The notes beneath the pieces were generated by a model. The model was given only the letters and a program-made list of their open reading frames with translations, was not told the origin of the DNA and made no database searches. A stretch of DNA of 64,000 bases from Paraspadella gotoi (Eukaryota > Animalia > Chaetognatha), in NCBI GenBank assembly GCA_051294375.1, contig CM119263.1, forward strand, positions 18,686,628 through 18,750,627, read 5' to 3'. Shown here in pieces: positions 49,994 to 64,000 of this stretch. Numbering within the stretch: position 1 is the first letter of the stretch; each line of letters opens with the position of its first letter. The position numbers and the translations under genes were made by a program.

Positions 49994-52900
49994 CACACAT
50001 ATATCTTACAAGTTTAACACAAAAAAAAATAAAAAAATAAAGACAAACTCAAATAAAAAAAGATTTGCACATCGCAAGTGACGGAATACTCGTGAAAAAA
50101 AAATCCTAACAAGATGGGTCACCTCAATATTCAGAGGTTCTTTGATAGATTTTTTTTGATCAACATATCATTAGTTCAATATATTAATCCAAGACATTGG
50201 TGCTGATCAATTAGTGACGGTAAAAAAGGGAACCAGTGAAAAACCGAAAATAAAAGTTACGCAGGTTATTTTGAAGGAGGTCGATTCATAAATAATAGTA
50301 ATACAAAACTCGACATTACAGTCTATACAAATTCTAATGTGGGCAGCGAAGGTCACTTAAACTGGCACGAAAAAAGTAACAAAGGATTGTGGGGTGTTTG
50401 CAAATGAGACAAATCGGTAAAAAGCGAAGGTTTTTTTTACATGTTTACTTCGACAAATTTAATTGATGCGACGCGCAATAATTAGTTTCCATGCAAGCTG
50501 AGCTTCATCACTTTTACGAAAATCGACATGCATTGAAAAATTCCTCTTTGAATCGGCATTTTTGATGGATGCTATGAGCAGCAACTAATGATTAGAATCC
50601 ACCCTCTATTTAATTTTTATTACTATGTAGAGTAATTTTGTAAAGATTTTAAAACCGAAATAAACTATTTAGCGCGTATTAGACTGATTTTAAAAAAAAA
50701 TTATCTTTTTTTGTAGTAAACGCAACTGAAATCATACTATCGAGGCGGATTACCCAATTCTTAAGCTGTTTATAAGCGCTTTTGTGTGGGGTAATAAAAC
50801 TTTGTTAATAATGGTGGTGAATTGTCGTCATAAGTTGCCAAGCATAGACTTTTTCAGGCATGCCGCCCTTAGTAAAACGTACTTTATATTTAAAACCAAT
50901 CATTAACTGGGAAATGCACCTAAAGTTTGTTTCCGGATTCAAAAAATATTCCATTATTATGTTTAATTTTTGTTCATAGTTAAGTAAAGTTTTAACAAAC
51001 ACTCGATATCTTTAAAAAAGCAGAATATAAAACCAAATATATTACAATAAACATCATTTCAAACTAGGAATAAACGGCACATGTGAAGGTTTAATAAGGC
51101 AGCACTAATCAAGCATCATGTGAATGATAACTTTTAAATATTATAATTGTGATGGGATTTCCCATACTATAGGTAAATATACATTTCATAGAAATGACTA
51201 TGCTCTGTTATGTTGCATGCGTGTTTGAAGAAGTCAGTTTTTTTTCTCAATAATTTTGAACAATAAAGGATACTTATCAATAAACTGACTTGTTCAAATG
51301 TTGACAGCTGACACAACAAAACCAATATTTGAAGCTCGGCAATGTTTAAAAGAAAAACTAATGACAAATGATCACTCAAGCGTTGAAACATAGTTATTAC
51401 AAGAGCTATACAACTCGTTGAGATCGCTTGAAGGTTAATATTTCTTTTTTAAGAAGCTCAGGAAAGCGTAAAAAGCAGAAAGGTAATCTTATTTACCCAA
51501 TTAATTTTATATTTTTATTTCTCGTGACAGTTTTCAGTGGTGCCTTACTTCGCAAAAGGGTTGGGTGATTCTAATTTTGTTATTTGTGGCAGAATAGATT
51601 TAGGGACCAATTGATTTATATCTATATCACAATAGCAATTTTGAGTGTAAGCCGATGTAAGGAAAGGGTAATCCGGGAAACACTTTCAAAACGATTTAAA
51701 GACATATTACTAATATATTTACCCGATTTCTGAATAATTCATTGGATCAAACAAGGGGGGGTATCTGCTTCCTGTCTATAGCATACTGTCCTTATGATCG
51801 TCTTCTAATTTTGGATTCTGATATTGAACCAAACTTCCACCATGCCAATACTCGGCTCCTTGTTGATGTACGGGTTTCCGCGAAGCTATGGATCTACTGC
51901 TCGTCCACGTTTTTGCAGCATGAATGAGAAAGTAACAAAGCAAAGTATAAAAAAGAATAAAATTAGTTTGAGAGAAATACAATTAGATTTTCTTTTATTT
52001 TATGGAAAAAATAATTTTCATATTCTGTTGAATTTTCATGGTTTTTAACAAAATGACTGTCATTTCGTTGAATAGCATTAAATCGGGGTTTTTTTTACCG
52101 AATTTTTCCTGTATTGTGAATATCATCTATATTAATAATTATATGATAAAGGTGCATTCATTCATATACTGATATTCAGTAAAGGGGCAACTAACTGTGC
52201 CGATATATTATGAAATTATGTTCAATCTCACTGTTGGTTATTTAAGGTTATTCATAAGTATTGCAGTAAACTAAGTAGAGTGCTTAACAATTTTTCTTCA
52301 GTTCTAAAGTTTCGTTTTTTTGAATAGAGGGCCGTCCAGAAGTTTTCTTTAGAATATCACACAAACTGACAAAACAAATTAAAGTGATGAAAATATCTTT
52401 TTTAAGTTTTTTTTTTATTGATTTATAAATTACATTTTATCTGCACGACCCCGAAAGCCAATGTTGCATCATAAAGATGGTTACTGATAATGTAAGACTT
52501 TGCTCATGCAATTATTAAAATGAAAAGAAACTTAAAGAAAAATAAAGATTAAGCATTTGACGACAGTGTGTGAAAAAGGACTTAAGTATGTTTACGTTCT
52601 CTCGCAAGTGGTATTGAGTTAGTTAAAAGAATTTTCGTATTGCTTAAATTACTGCATAATTCAATTTTAAATCTTCTCAAAAAGACTGACTTTTTTGCTT
52701 ATATATCTGCAACAAAGGTAATGCTATCTTGATTCAAGGTAAAACTAGTTAATTTATATCAGAAGAAAATTGTTAAACATCGAAAGCAATACAGCAATCA
52801 GTGTTTTTGTTCATAGTAAGAAAAATAAAGAAACCTTCCCCAAGGGCTAAAGAGGCACAATTCTAACAAACGAAACCATAACTATGGAATTTCGTTTCCA

Positions 52901-53394
52901 GATGTGATAAATTATTCAAGATTAACTTCTATAATTACTTTTAGCTTCGTCAAGCAAAACGTTCGAAATGATAAAAATGAAAAAAACTATTTTTTTATAA
53001 TGGGATTAGTAGACGAAAAAAAAAGCCAAAGCTTCACATTCGTCGGCCGTCCGTACTTTGGTATTTTCAGTTTGCGAAAGATGAGTTTGATGACGACAAA
53101 TGAAACCTGACTTTTTTTGAAAAAGGCTCGATATGACATCTCCCGGAGACAAATGGAGCGAGAGAGAGTTAGAGATGAAAGAGAGATTAAGAGCGAGAGG
53201 GAGAGTGAGAAGCGAGAGAGAAAAGGGGGGATATGTCACACGATCACATGTCGCTTCCCCGACTTCACGGATCGGAGAACTCGGTCCTCCACTTTGGCGT
53301 TCTGAATTCACAGTTTGAATTCGAGAGACGTAGTTGGGTGAGTGAAAAATGTAAAATTGAAAAAAGAAAGAAGAAGAATTGAGCCTATGTTTCG

Positions 53395-53567
<173 letters not shown>

Positions 53568-54353
53568 TACTGAAGCGACACAAATTTGACCATAAATCGC
53601 TGATTTTGCATGCAAGAAAATTTACAAAGACTTAAATATTTACTATTTGCTTGTGGTGAAATCATCTATTTCAAATTTATAAAAATCTGAAAAATATAAA
53701 TGTGTTAAGATACCAACGTGATAAAAATATTTAAAGCTGTGACGTCAAATTTTACTCAATAAGATTAAGTTAATTTTCAAATAAAAACTTACTGTCAAAA
53801 AGCTTTTTATAAATGGAACTGAACTTCCCAAAAATGGTATTATCTATTGCTTATTTGCTCTAATTAACGCATGCTCGATAGTAAATATTTTATAAAATTT
53901 TCGCTTAGACTTAATTATTTTTGAAATAAATTTTCACTACACCGTAAAGCACACAATTACTAATTACATATGAAACAAAAAACTTTGCTTCACTCAAACA
54001 CTAAAGCGAGGACGAAATTTTGAAAAAGATTCAGTAACAAAGAGTGATTCTAAATAAAAGGCTAATGACCCCAACATGAAATTAAGTAAATAAGAAAAAA
54101 TTTCAGCTTGTAAAACTTTTCTCAATCAAAACGTAACACCATCAATAACTAATCATTTATATTCCACGTTAAGAAAAAAACAATCTTAAATAATTTTTTT
54201 ATCATTTTCTAACAATGCAGATTCCAATCTTCCAGCATGATAATAATTTGGTCAAACTCTGTTCAAACTCAGTTATAATCAACTTAGTAAGATATTCTCT
54301 TATCTAACTCACGAAGAAATTCAACAACTACCCCTGACTTCGCTGGGCCTTAC

Positions 54354-57300
54354 CTATACTTGGCCGCTTGAAACATGCTCCAGAGTCTGTTGATGATGAC
54401 TGAGACGACGACGCCGCCAACGTTGATCTCGACGAGTTGGAGGATGAAGACGGCGTCGCGATGGAGGTACTTTGAGGTGAAGTTTTCGCAGAGCTGGAGA
54501 TCGAGCGAGACGCCCTCCTCTTTGGCCCGGACGAGGTATTCCCGGACAAAGTGATTGCGTCGATAACTGAGACGGAAAGATGAAAACTCCATCATTTATT
54601 TGTTCAATAAAATCTACGCTTTTTTGTGGTTGTTGTTGTTTTTTGTTTGTTTTTTTTGTTTTTTTTTGCTTGGCAAAAATCAGGACAGAAAAAAATCTGA
54701 AGAGGAGCCAATGTATTTTTAAAGGTTAACATAAATCACTTTTTCTTCATAAAATTATTGAATTATTTTTTAAAACAATCTTTTCTATGACTAAGCTATA
54801 AAGTTTTTTTTTTTTTTTTCGTAAGTACAAAATTGGAACTGAATCTCACGACTCCATATATTTACGAGCAGTTTATCCAGAGCCAACGAACGAAGTTCAA
54901 CACGGAGACGAAAGCCAGCAATTGAAGCAGCAGAACGACGAGCGTGAAGATCTTGTCGTTGTAAATGTTTATGGGTAAGACACATTCGATGGTGTAGGGG
55001 AGCTTGTCGCCGTCCCTCTGGATGTACATCCGGCAGATGGTGCTCACGGGAAAATTTCGGGAACTGAGGGTAGAGGAAGTGCGGTGGGGATTGCAGAGTA
55101 AATCAGTGCGATCACTCGAGTAAAACGGAAGCAAAATCCTCTCAAGACCTGAATCTCAGTCACTCTTGCACGCACTCTCATCCACGCACACTTTTCTTCA
55201 TTTTTCATGCATCACAATTTTTCTTTCGACCCTTTTTACTCACCTTTCCCACGTCTGATTGACGACCAGCTTGTGCACAACGGTGTAGCCGTGCGTGAAG
55301 AGGTTGACGTCGTGATCGATGCCGAGAAACGCCAGCAGCATGTACAGCTGTCCGGCGATGTTCCCCATGTAGAGGAGTTTGTGGAACAGGTAGAGGATGT
55401 ACAGCGAGTTGCCGTACTTGGTTCCCACGCAGATGACCTGAGCGATCTTATACCAACAAGAGGTAGGAGGTTCGTAGGAGGGTCGGGACTTAAGCCCGAC
55501 GAACCTGAGAAAATATAATGGGCGTGGCTTGACGACATCCGACTCTTTGATTCATCTCCTTCAAACTAACCTGTTGAACTGAATGACGAAATTGTGGACG
55601 ACGGCTTCGAGGTTGTCGCTGTTGTCGTTGTTTTCGTTCGCCAGAGATGTTTGATGGCGCGGCGGGGCGTAAATTTAAGTCGAGACGCGAAGAGAAATCC
55701 AATTTAAAATATATTTTTTAAATTAATAAAGATGGTATTTGATTATATACATATACATATATCAACCGTTATATTAGCTGTTTATCGTTCGTAATAATTT
55801 AGGTCTATCACATTTTCATACACATGCGAGGTGCCGAGGTATTTTAGAGTCTTGAACCTACTCTGTGTCATGAATTCTGGCGATGTCGTGAGCTCCGACC
55901 ATCAGGGATTCGATGTGAACACCGGCTCTCGCAGCAAACGATTTCCAAATCCGGAAGGGCAGGTAAAAAAATAGCGACATCACCAGCAGGAATACTGGGT
56001 GGGTTCGGGGAATCAGGGAAGGTGGGAGGGTAGGGTTGAATAAGAAAGTCGGATGATGTAAATTCAAGATGAAGAGGAGAAAGAAGGGCCAAGGTAGGAT
56101 GGATGGAGTTCTTAAACAAAAATATAAACGAAGCGGTTCACATTTGTCGGTTTCGCGATGCACCCTGATCCCATAACAGATAGCATAACGATTAAAAGGG
56201 AGTAGCTCAGAGATAGGAAGGAAAGGGAAAGAAAAGAGGCGTTCGCCGTTTGGCGACAGAATAATAAAGTTGGCAAAGGAAGATGGGTGCGCGCAAAGAA
56301 AGGGAGAGTGCGTACAAATAATGAGTGTGCGCACGAAAAGAATCTGGAGCGTGAGGGAAGAGAACGCAAAATCTAATCCGAGCACGCGCTCGATATGACG
56401 GACGAAATTTTAGCAGAAATTTCTTAACAAAAACATAATAATTTGCGAAACCCAAGAAGTTGTTTGTTTAAAAAAAAAAGAATAATAATAATTTACCTGG
56501 TGAATATTGATAATAAGAAATCGGAACGAGTCGACCCTTCGTATATGGGTCTACGTAACCGGTTACGTATCGTCCCTAAAAACAAAATTGTCAATGAATC
56601 GTGAACAAGTCAAGTGTTTCGATTCTTTTAAAATATTATTCTTTTAACTTAATCGCTGAAACGAAGTTTTATAGTGTGTGTGAGTGAAATATTCTGAAAG
56701 TGTTATAAACAAGAAAAAAAAATCATCCTAAATGTTACATACAGACAGAACACTGATAGATATTTTTTTTTTAAATCCGCTTTGGCTGCTGACTAAGGGT
56801 TGGAAAGATCTTATTCAAAATGCTTCCACACTCAACAATTCAAGTAATTTTTTAATACGTTATCTGTTCCTGTCATCATTCGGCACCCTTGTATCTAATT
56901 ATCTTAATTCTCCTAAATATCCGACAAAAAAGCAAACAAACAAAGAAAAACATGAATAAAAACTTCTAAAAATAACTTAAAATGCATGAAATGCTATGCA
57001 CGTGAACTGCGTTTCCCTCTGTGTACCTGGCGTTTCATCTCTTGGTCTTTCTCCTGGGTTCCCTATTAAAAGTAAAACGATAATGAAAAGTTTCATAAAC
57101 TATCTTTCGAAAAAGGAAAAAAAGGGAAACAATTGTCTGGGAATTATTTGTGTATCAGAATTTTGATAATAAAATATACAAATTAAATTAAAAATAGCAA
57201 ATGATTTTTTCCTTATTACATACAAGCGGTGGCTTTCTCGATAGGAAACGGCGTTGAAAGAGACTATGAGTATAGATACTCATTACTCAATCGAGATGAA

Positions 57301-58624
57301 AGAAAACTACACGAATTCAAAATAAAATGAAATTTTGCTAATTTTTTTGGTGAGAAGCAACACAAGGTTTTTCGTCCCCGACTCTCGACCCTTTGATAAA
57401 TGAGATTAATTTTTTTTGGCTAAGCAGAAAAATTATTACTGCGAGATGTCGAGGTGATAAATCGCCATTGTCAGAATATCGCTGACTGAAACAACATTCT
57501 TTTTTATTTTCCCCAAGTTATTCTGTTTTTATATTTTTTCCATGAATACAATTTTTTTTATCTTTCATCTTTTTATTCGAACAGAAGAGAACACGTGATC
57601 CGGCGACACTAAAAACTCTTGCTGTCGGAAATGTCTTTTGTGAGGATGGTATATTCTTTTTTCTTCTTTTTAATCTATTTTCTTTTTGTCTTTTAAAAAC
57701 CCGCATTTTCAGCCCTCTCAGTTTAGCAATTTTTTGACATACAAATTTAAAAAAGATCACCAGTCACCACGTCTCATTATTCTAAAAAAATACATATGTG
57801 TAAGTACGCATTTTTAACTTTTTACATCAAGGTTTTGACATTTTACAGTTGTTACCTCACCTTTTTAGGATAATAAGGCATTCCCATGAACCCGTCTTGA
57901 ATTCCCCTTCCCCGATGGAGGAAAGGTAGTCTACTTCTCTCTGGCAAAACCATTTCTTCTTTCTGCAATGATAAGAGTAAATAAAGCTTGTCACAGGACA
58001 CTTCCTAAAAACTAAATTCAAAATACATTCGTTTAAAAGAAAAAATTATAAAACACTTTCCAAAATTATCCATTGAAATTTACAGTTTTCAACTGTCTTT
58101 TTTTAAAAAGCTTTTTATTTTGCTCATGAATTTATCACGTGATGCATAACATAGCGCCCGCGTGGCTTGTTTTCTTTTGTTTTGTTTTGTTTTTTTCTAT
58201 TCATAAAAAAACTTTGGATTTAATTTCACCGACGCGTTTTGGCCATAAATCTTCGCGCGAAAGGAGGCGACCCTTCAACGGTCGACCGACAACGAGACCG
58301 GCCGACAAGATGGCGGCCGACAAGATGGCGGCAAAGATCGTAAAAGATCGTAAAAGTCTGTCGCGACCGAAGAATTATGGCTCGTGTCGCGTCACCTCGT
58401 TCACGGAGGTTATTGCAGATTATTGCAGTCGGATTTTAATTCTACTCGGTGCTCATTTCTCAATAAAGACAAACCAGAGCTTACTTTTTTTCCGTCTACG
58501 TCGCCGTCCTGAACGATGTAGTAAGTATCTTCGGCCCAACATTTCGAGTGCATATAGTCCGCTTGGTCTTCTGTGAATGTGGTGGGGGTCATGCATTGGA
58601 TGGGTTCTCCGACGTACTGCTTAC
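54354..58624 (-). CDS. inx: Innexin/pannexin-family gap-junction or hemichannel protein (partial; first coding exon with TM1 not located, terminal exon ambiguous)
   Basis: Exons (minus strand): 58624-58485, 57062-57027, 56575-56497, 55994-55862, 55618-55571 (weak acceptor), 55504-55244, 55063-54866, 54566-54354. Introns are GT-AG with consistent phases. Innexin motifs: KQYVGEPIQC...YMHSKCWAEDTYY, ISYYQYSPVFLLVMSLFFYLPFRIWK, KYGNSLYILYLFHKLLYMGNIAGQLYMLLAFLG, FPVSTIC...TIECVLPINIYNDKIF, YLHRDAVFILQLV...LW. Two Cys are present per extracellular loop. Confidence 0.92.
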
Positions 58625-60131
58625 CTGGGGGTGAGAAAAGGGGAGGGAGGTACGTTTAACGAAAAGCGTCAAAGAATTATAACATTCACAAGGGGAAAAA
58701 AATGGAAGGACGGAAGAAAGACTTGGAAATTATCTCCGACTTTAGTGTCAACAAAATGAAAAATCTCACGAAATTAAAACCAAACTGAACAAACAACACT
58801 TTTTTCGATTACCAACTTTTTCTTGATTTTCTACGACAATATTGTTACGAACGTCAAATTGAAATCCTTCAATTATGAAAGCATATGGCATCGAACGAAT
58901 CTGAGCTTTCAATTACCGTCTTACGACTTTCGGCACCTGGTATCCCCAGAGCAGAAAAACTGACATTGGAATTCAATTTTCATCTATGTTTTTTACCTGC
59001 CGTTGTTTACTTTTCTCCCGTTTCAAATCTGCTCTGCTCGCATCTGCTCATTCAACTCGCCATCTTTTGCGCAAGCTCCTTATAAATTATGTAGGATTGC
59101 ACTCAAGAAAAGTAGTTGTAACTATTACGTTGTTCTGGTGAAGATTAATTTCTCAGCTGACTGAGTTGCCTTGCTTTTTCCTAATTTTTTCTTGACTTCG
59201 CCTCCTTTCGCCTCATCTTAAATTTCTATTCCGAGAGCCTGTTACCCATTCCATCCTTTTTTCTCTCCTCTGCCTCTCCTCTCCCTATCACAATACACAA
59301 TTTCGAGCTCTCACGAGAAGCCGATAAAAAAAAAGTCTGCTGCCATTCCGCGCTTCAAGCCGCGCGGGGCGATGGGCGGCTTTTTTCTCCGGGGGCGTTG
59401 GGACTTTTTTTCTTTTCCTCTCCCTTTTTTATCGTTTACGCTGCTGCTCTTTTAAGCCGTCGCTGTTGCAGCGGACGGCCTTTCGTCAAAAGATGACGCT
59501 GCAGTTGCAGTTTAATTACAGTCGCGATTCAAGATGGCCTCTCTGGAGTCTCAAGAGGACGGGATCCCGATGGAACGCTAAATATGCAAATTAACTTTTG
59601 ACATCTTGAGGAGCAGAACATCTTGATTCGATGAGCACGAATTTTAAACTCAAATACAGACTGTTGGAAAAGTTCGATGCCCGAAAGAAAAACAGATTAT
59701 TCAATTCTTCGTTCTCGATGATAATTCTAATGCATGGTAACTATGATGATAAGCATGTTGAAAGTATTAGATATGTACATAGGTTGGATTGTACCGCTCC
59801 TAAAATAAACATTAAACAAGTATGAACGACTTGATGGAATTTATAAAGCTCTTACAGCATGTAAGTTTTTATATCATCGACTTCAAAGTCCGAAGAACCC
59901 ATTTGGTCCCTAATTTGGAACGAAACCATCTTCGCCGAGGAAAGACATAAAAAAAATGGGCGAGCGGCGAAAAGTCGTAAAAAAAACAGAAACCAACCAC
60001 GAAATGTAAACAAAACAAAGCGAAATGACGAACGGATGATGGTTTTCTGCAAGCTGAGGGAGGGAAAGGGGGGGACAGGGGGGTGAGACAGCGGCCGATG
60101 CTCGCGCTGACGGATTGGCAGAGTCAACGTC

Positions 60132-60189
<58 letters not shown>

Positions 60190-60199
60190 GAGAAGAGAA

Positions 60200-60242
<43 letters not shown>

Positions 60243-63200
60243 ATGTACATCAGTGGCAGCATTGGTGGTAGTAGTGGACACAAGAGAGAAACGGTCAGCA
60301 GTGACTGAGACAATTACGTTGACAGCATGGATGACTGCGCTCGGACAAGTGATAACCTTAGAGTGGTATGACGAAGGTTTTAGCCGAAAGTTAAAGTGAC
60401 GAAGACGACGACGATGAAAGTCGTTGTTTGGCGTCGCAATTCTGTTGCCAAGGAAACCAAGCTCCAAGATTCCAATCTTGATCTCTTTTAATCTTCGTCG
60501 TTATTTCAAAACGTCCGTGCGCCAACTTCTAAACGAACGCGTATTTTTTTTATTTTGACCAATATTCATCAATATTCATCAATATTCACCAATATTCATC
60601 GCTTTGTAAGTCGTACTTGGCATCTACGATGACAGAATCTTTTTTTCCCTCCCTTAATCTCGGTTCAATCTCCCCACAAGTTTCATATTCCTCTCGCGTT
60701 TATATCTGATATCGGAGTCAAGGACTGACGTAAACAAAGACAAAACCTCAGGAAGTCAACATTTCCCAAACAAAGAAAAAGCCGAGAGCCAAAACAATCA
60801 GGACACTAAAACAAGACCAAAAAAAAACAAACTAGAAAGTGATCTTGTACATACTTTATATTGATTGTACCAATTTCATAGTTACTATTTACTATAACTT
60901 GTAAGTAAAATGTTATAATAAGTCAATTATTTAACTCCGGTTCAACAAGACTTGGTAATTAAATTTTTAAAAGATTTTTTCAAAACTTGCTTCCCCGTAA
61001 ATAAACAACATTAGGAAAAACAATTAAACAACGTCATTAAAACTTCTAGCTAAGGCGGCAATGGAATAAAAGTAATCCGTAATCGTGCCCTATAAAAAGA
61101 TACGAATAGGCTGACTCATATATTCAGAGGCGTACGCAAACATGAAAAACAGTAAACAAAGAAAAAAGCGAGACTTTTTTTTTTTTTAAAAAGAGCTTCG
61201 GCTACACGACGGTAAACCGAGAGGAGGGAAAAGAGTGAAGGGATGGAGAAGCAAACGAGTTGCTATTTGATAGTGGAGTAGAAAGAGAAGACAAACACGA
61301 CGGGAACAAATTAATTAAAGCTCTTGGGAGGAGGAGGCTGAAAATGGCCGAATTCCGGGGAGGGCTGTGGAGAGAACTAAGGACTAATTGACTCTAGGGA
61401 GCCGGGTGAAAATGATCCTATTCAGTTGAACTATGTAGGGCTTAGCAGCTCACGGAAGGTTGAAAGAGTTTTTATTTCCAATGTTTACTCGAATCACTGG
61501 TTTATCAAGTTTAACGATAAAAATTTCAAGTGACGCAGAGATCGATTCCAAATAATACACTGCGCTAACGGTTTGGTGCCTAGAAAGAATAGAAGACACA
61601 TGAGAAGTTGAGCCTAGAAAACAAAAAAAAATTATTGAAGGAATGGTGAGACGAAAATGCAAAAATCAATGTCAACTGAGAAAAAAATGGGAAAAATAAG
61701 CCAAGTCTCGTGTTTTTTCGTGTTTTGGGTTTATCGACTTGAAAATCCTCAGCGTTGTCAATTAATTTGGCCGTCTTTTTAATGTTAATTTTTGTAACAT
61801 TCAAAACGGGATAAAATTAATTTGGAAGTGGATTATGCTCAGTTTTGAAATTCCATTCGTGAAAAAGGTTTCAATTTCAATTTCTAACTTAGATTTTTGA
61901 GAGAAAAAAAATTTCTGGAAGAGAAACCTGAAAAGCGACAAAACGGAACTAAAGAACAAATTTAAAACATGGCTGTAAATCCTCGGAGAGAAGCCAAAGC
62001 TCCTGTAATGTCCTCTGAGAGAATATTTTTTCTGTTTTTCAAATAAAAGAAAATTTTGAAAATTTCCCCTCACTATGTGTTATAAGATGAGAAAAATCAA
62101 AACTCGAGCGCCTCGCGAAAATGGAGAAGTGGCCGAAAATTAGATTGGCCGAAAAGCATGAAATTTATATATATATGTATGTATAGACAAAACTTATTCA
62201 GGATAATGCAGTATAGAATTTATATGATGGTGGAAAAGGAGCAGATAAGAAGAAGAAATTGAGGTGAGAGTTCAAAATAGGAAAATGGTGAGGATATGAA
62301 AAAAGACAAAATACGGAGGAAAAAAAAACCAAAATAAATGAGAAAAACATAAGAAGATAGAACGTAATGGAAATTGTTCGGAAAATGGAAATATTTCGTG
62401 AATTAAAGAAAAACAAAGATGATAAAAATACTGGTTAAAAAAGGGTGAAGAAAAATTGGCTCTGATTTCAACGTCGTCGTAGTCGTCCTCGTGATTGTCC
62501 CGATTGGCGACACCTCAATTTTGCTTGACGTGAGGGAAGAGCTGATTATTAGAATAATCTATTAAATTACCTTAATGATGAGAGGACTGGGGTAAATGAT
62601 TATGATAAAGAGTTGAGAAAAATATGGTAGAAGCAATTGGAACAAAAAAAAAAAAGCAAAAGGTATAGAGGCAATAAAAATTGTTTTTGTTTTTTTCAAA
62701 TTTCTTTTCCCATTTCCAGAAATTTCCATTTCTTCAAAACATAAAAACAATCGATATTGGCCGTCCTTTCATGCAACAGCGTCTCCAAAACAAAAATTGA
62801 CACCTCCCTCGGGAGAACATCCCCAATTGCGTAACTGCCAAGCAAAAGGCAAGAAGAGGCATCGTCATTGAGTAAAGGCAGAGTCGTTAGTCGAATGAGC
62901 AGAAGGCGCGAAGACAGGTTGGCGAGTTGTCGAAGTGGGGAGGTGGAGAGTAGGGTGATGTGAAAATAATAAAATTTTCTAAACTTAATAAAAATATTTT
63001 TTAATTTCATACATTAGTAGGCACCAGTGAGCTATATTTATATATAGTAATAAGCATATAGATTTCAAAATGCAAATTGATTCCAAACTTTCACTTCACC
63101 CTAGTGGAGAGGTTGGCTGGGGACGACAAAATGGCGCCCATATTTCCCTGGGATCTTTTGTCCTCTTGTCGTGGATTTTGTTCTTTTTTTTAACGGAATA

Positions 63201-64000
63201 ACGATAAGCCATGACGTTTCAATCGAGCCTAGCGTGCTTCAAATTTTTTTTAATCGTTGATTTCTATTGTTTGATTGTTAATTTATACTCTAGACATATG
63301 ATTAAGTAAAGCTTTTATGGTGCAGTGGCTGCTCTAATATGCTTTAAAATAAATGCCTTAAAATAAATTCAATAAAGTAAATGCAATGAAATCAATACAA
63401 ATAAATGCAACATAAATAGAAAAAAAGTTCATGATATAATAAACGTGTTTACAAAGAGTAAAAAAAAATTATAAAGTTGTTTGATATAAAGAGAAGCGAA
63501 CAAAGAGGGTCCGTAGATAAAAGAGAGAGAAGAAAGGCTTTGGATAAATGAGCCCACGATAAAAAAAATCCCTTTTAATGAAAAAGGACTCGCGAATGGA
63601 GAGGCCGAATTCTAGAGAAGGAGAGATGGAAGGAGGTCGGGGTGGCGAGGGTGGTTTTAAAAGAGTTGGGTGGGGCGTTGAACTGAGGGACAATCAATAA
63701 ACGAGAGTTGAGAGTTGAGATCGAACGTCACGAGTACCGACGATGACGTCTTGATTGGTAGGCGGAAAGTTGGACGTTTGAATCTCGCGGGGTCAAGGAG
63801 CCATAAATCTTGACGTGGTTCGATCGGGGGTCCATAAATTTATCTGCGCATTGCATCATCGTCGTCCATATCGTTCATTTCTTTTAATATCTTTCACTGT
63901 TTCTCCTCCGTATTTGTCAAATAATAGTTGTTGCTGCGTTGTTATTAATGTTTTTTTAGAGTTCGGCTCGGTCACGCAATATTTTTGGAAAAATAACGAC

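Noticed and set aside
60370-60470. Possible innexin first exon (QTTTFIVVVFVTLTFG resembles TM1)
   Set aside because: It ends in a stop with no donor and lacks the DD..DRL motif. The true first exon probably lies beyond the window or was not recognised.

Overview
Eukaryotic (invertebrate animal) genomic DNA: AT-rich, rich in (GA/CT)n microsatellites, with two 25-N scaffold gaps. Nothing prokaryotic (no CRISPR, no operon) is present, and almost all ORFs in the supplied track are microsatellite translations. Manual splicing of GT-AG exons recovers three intron-containing genes. (1) A complete calcium-responsive transcription factor (CARF/CaRF) orthologue on the minus strand (10 coding exons, 4494-7829, about 680 aa), with a CCAAT-box-rich promoter and a tRNA-derived SINE in one intron. 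(2) An FGF8/17/18-family ligand on the plus strand (6 coding exons, 19526-44105, about 519 aa). It has an unusually long 213-aa basic pro-region ending near a furin site (RRKR), and its last exon lies in a ~3.7-kb tandem duplication that is probably an assembly artefact. (3) A divergent innexin/pannexin-family gene on the minus strand (at least 8 exons, 54354-58624; first coding exon not found), with an extracellular N-glycosylation sequon and several candidate 3' terminal exons. Other elements are a poly-C tract with a ~21-bp minisatellite next to an FGF exon, a HINE/DINE-1-like end, a degenerate fold-back element and several dispersed repeat fragments. All gene models come from reading the sequence by eye and recalling family motifs; no database search was run.
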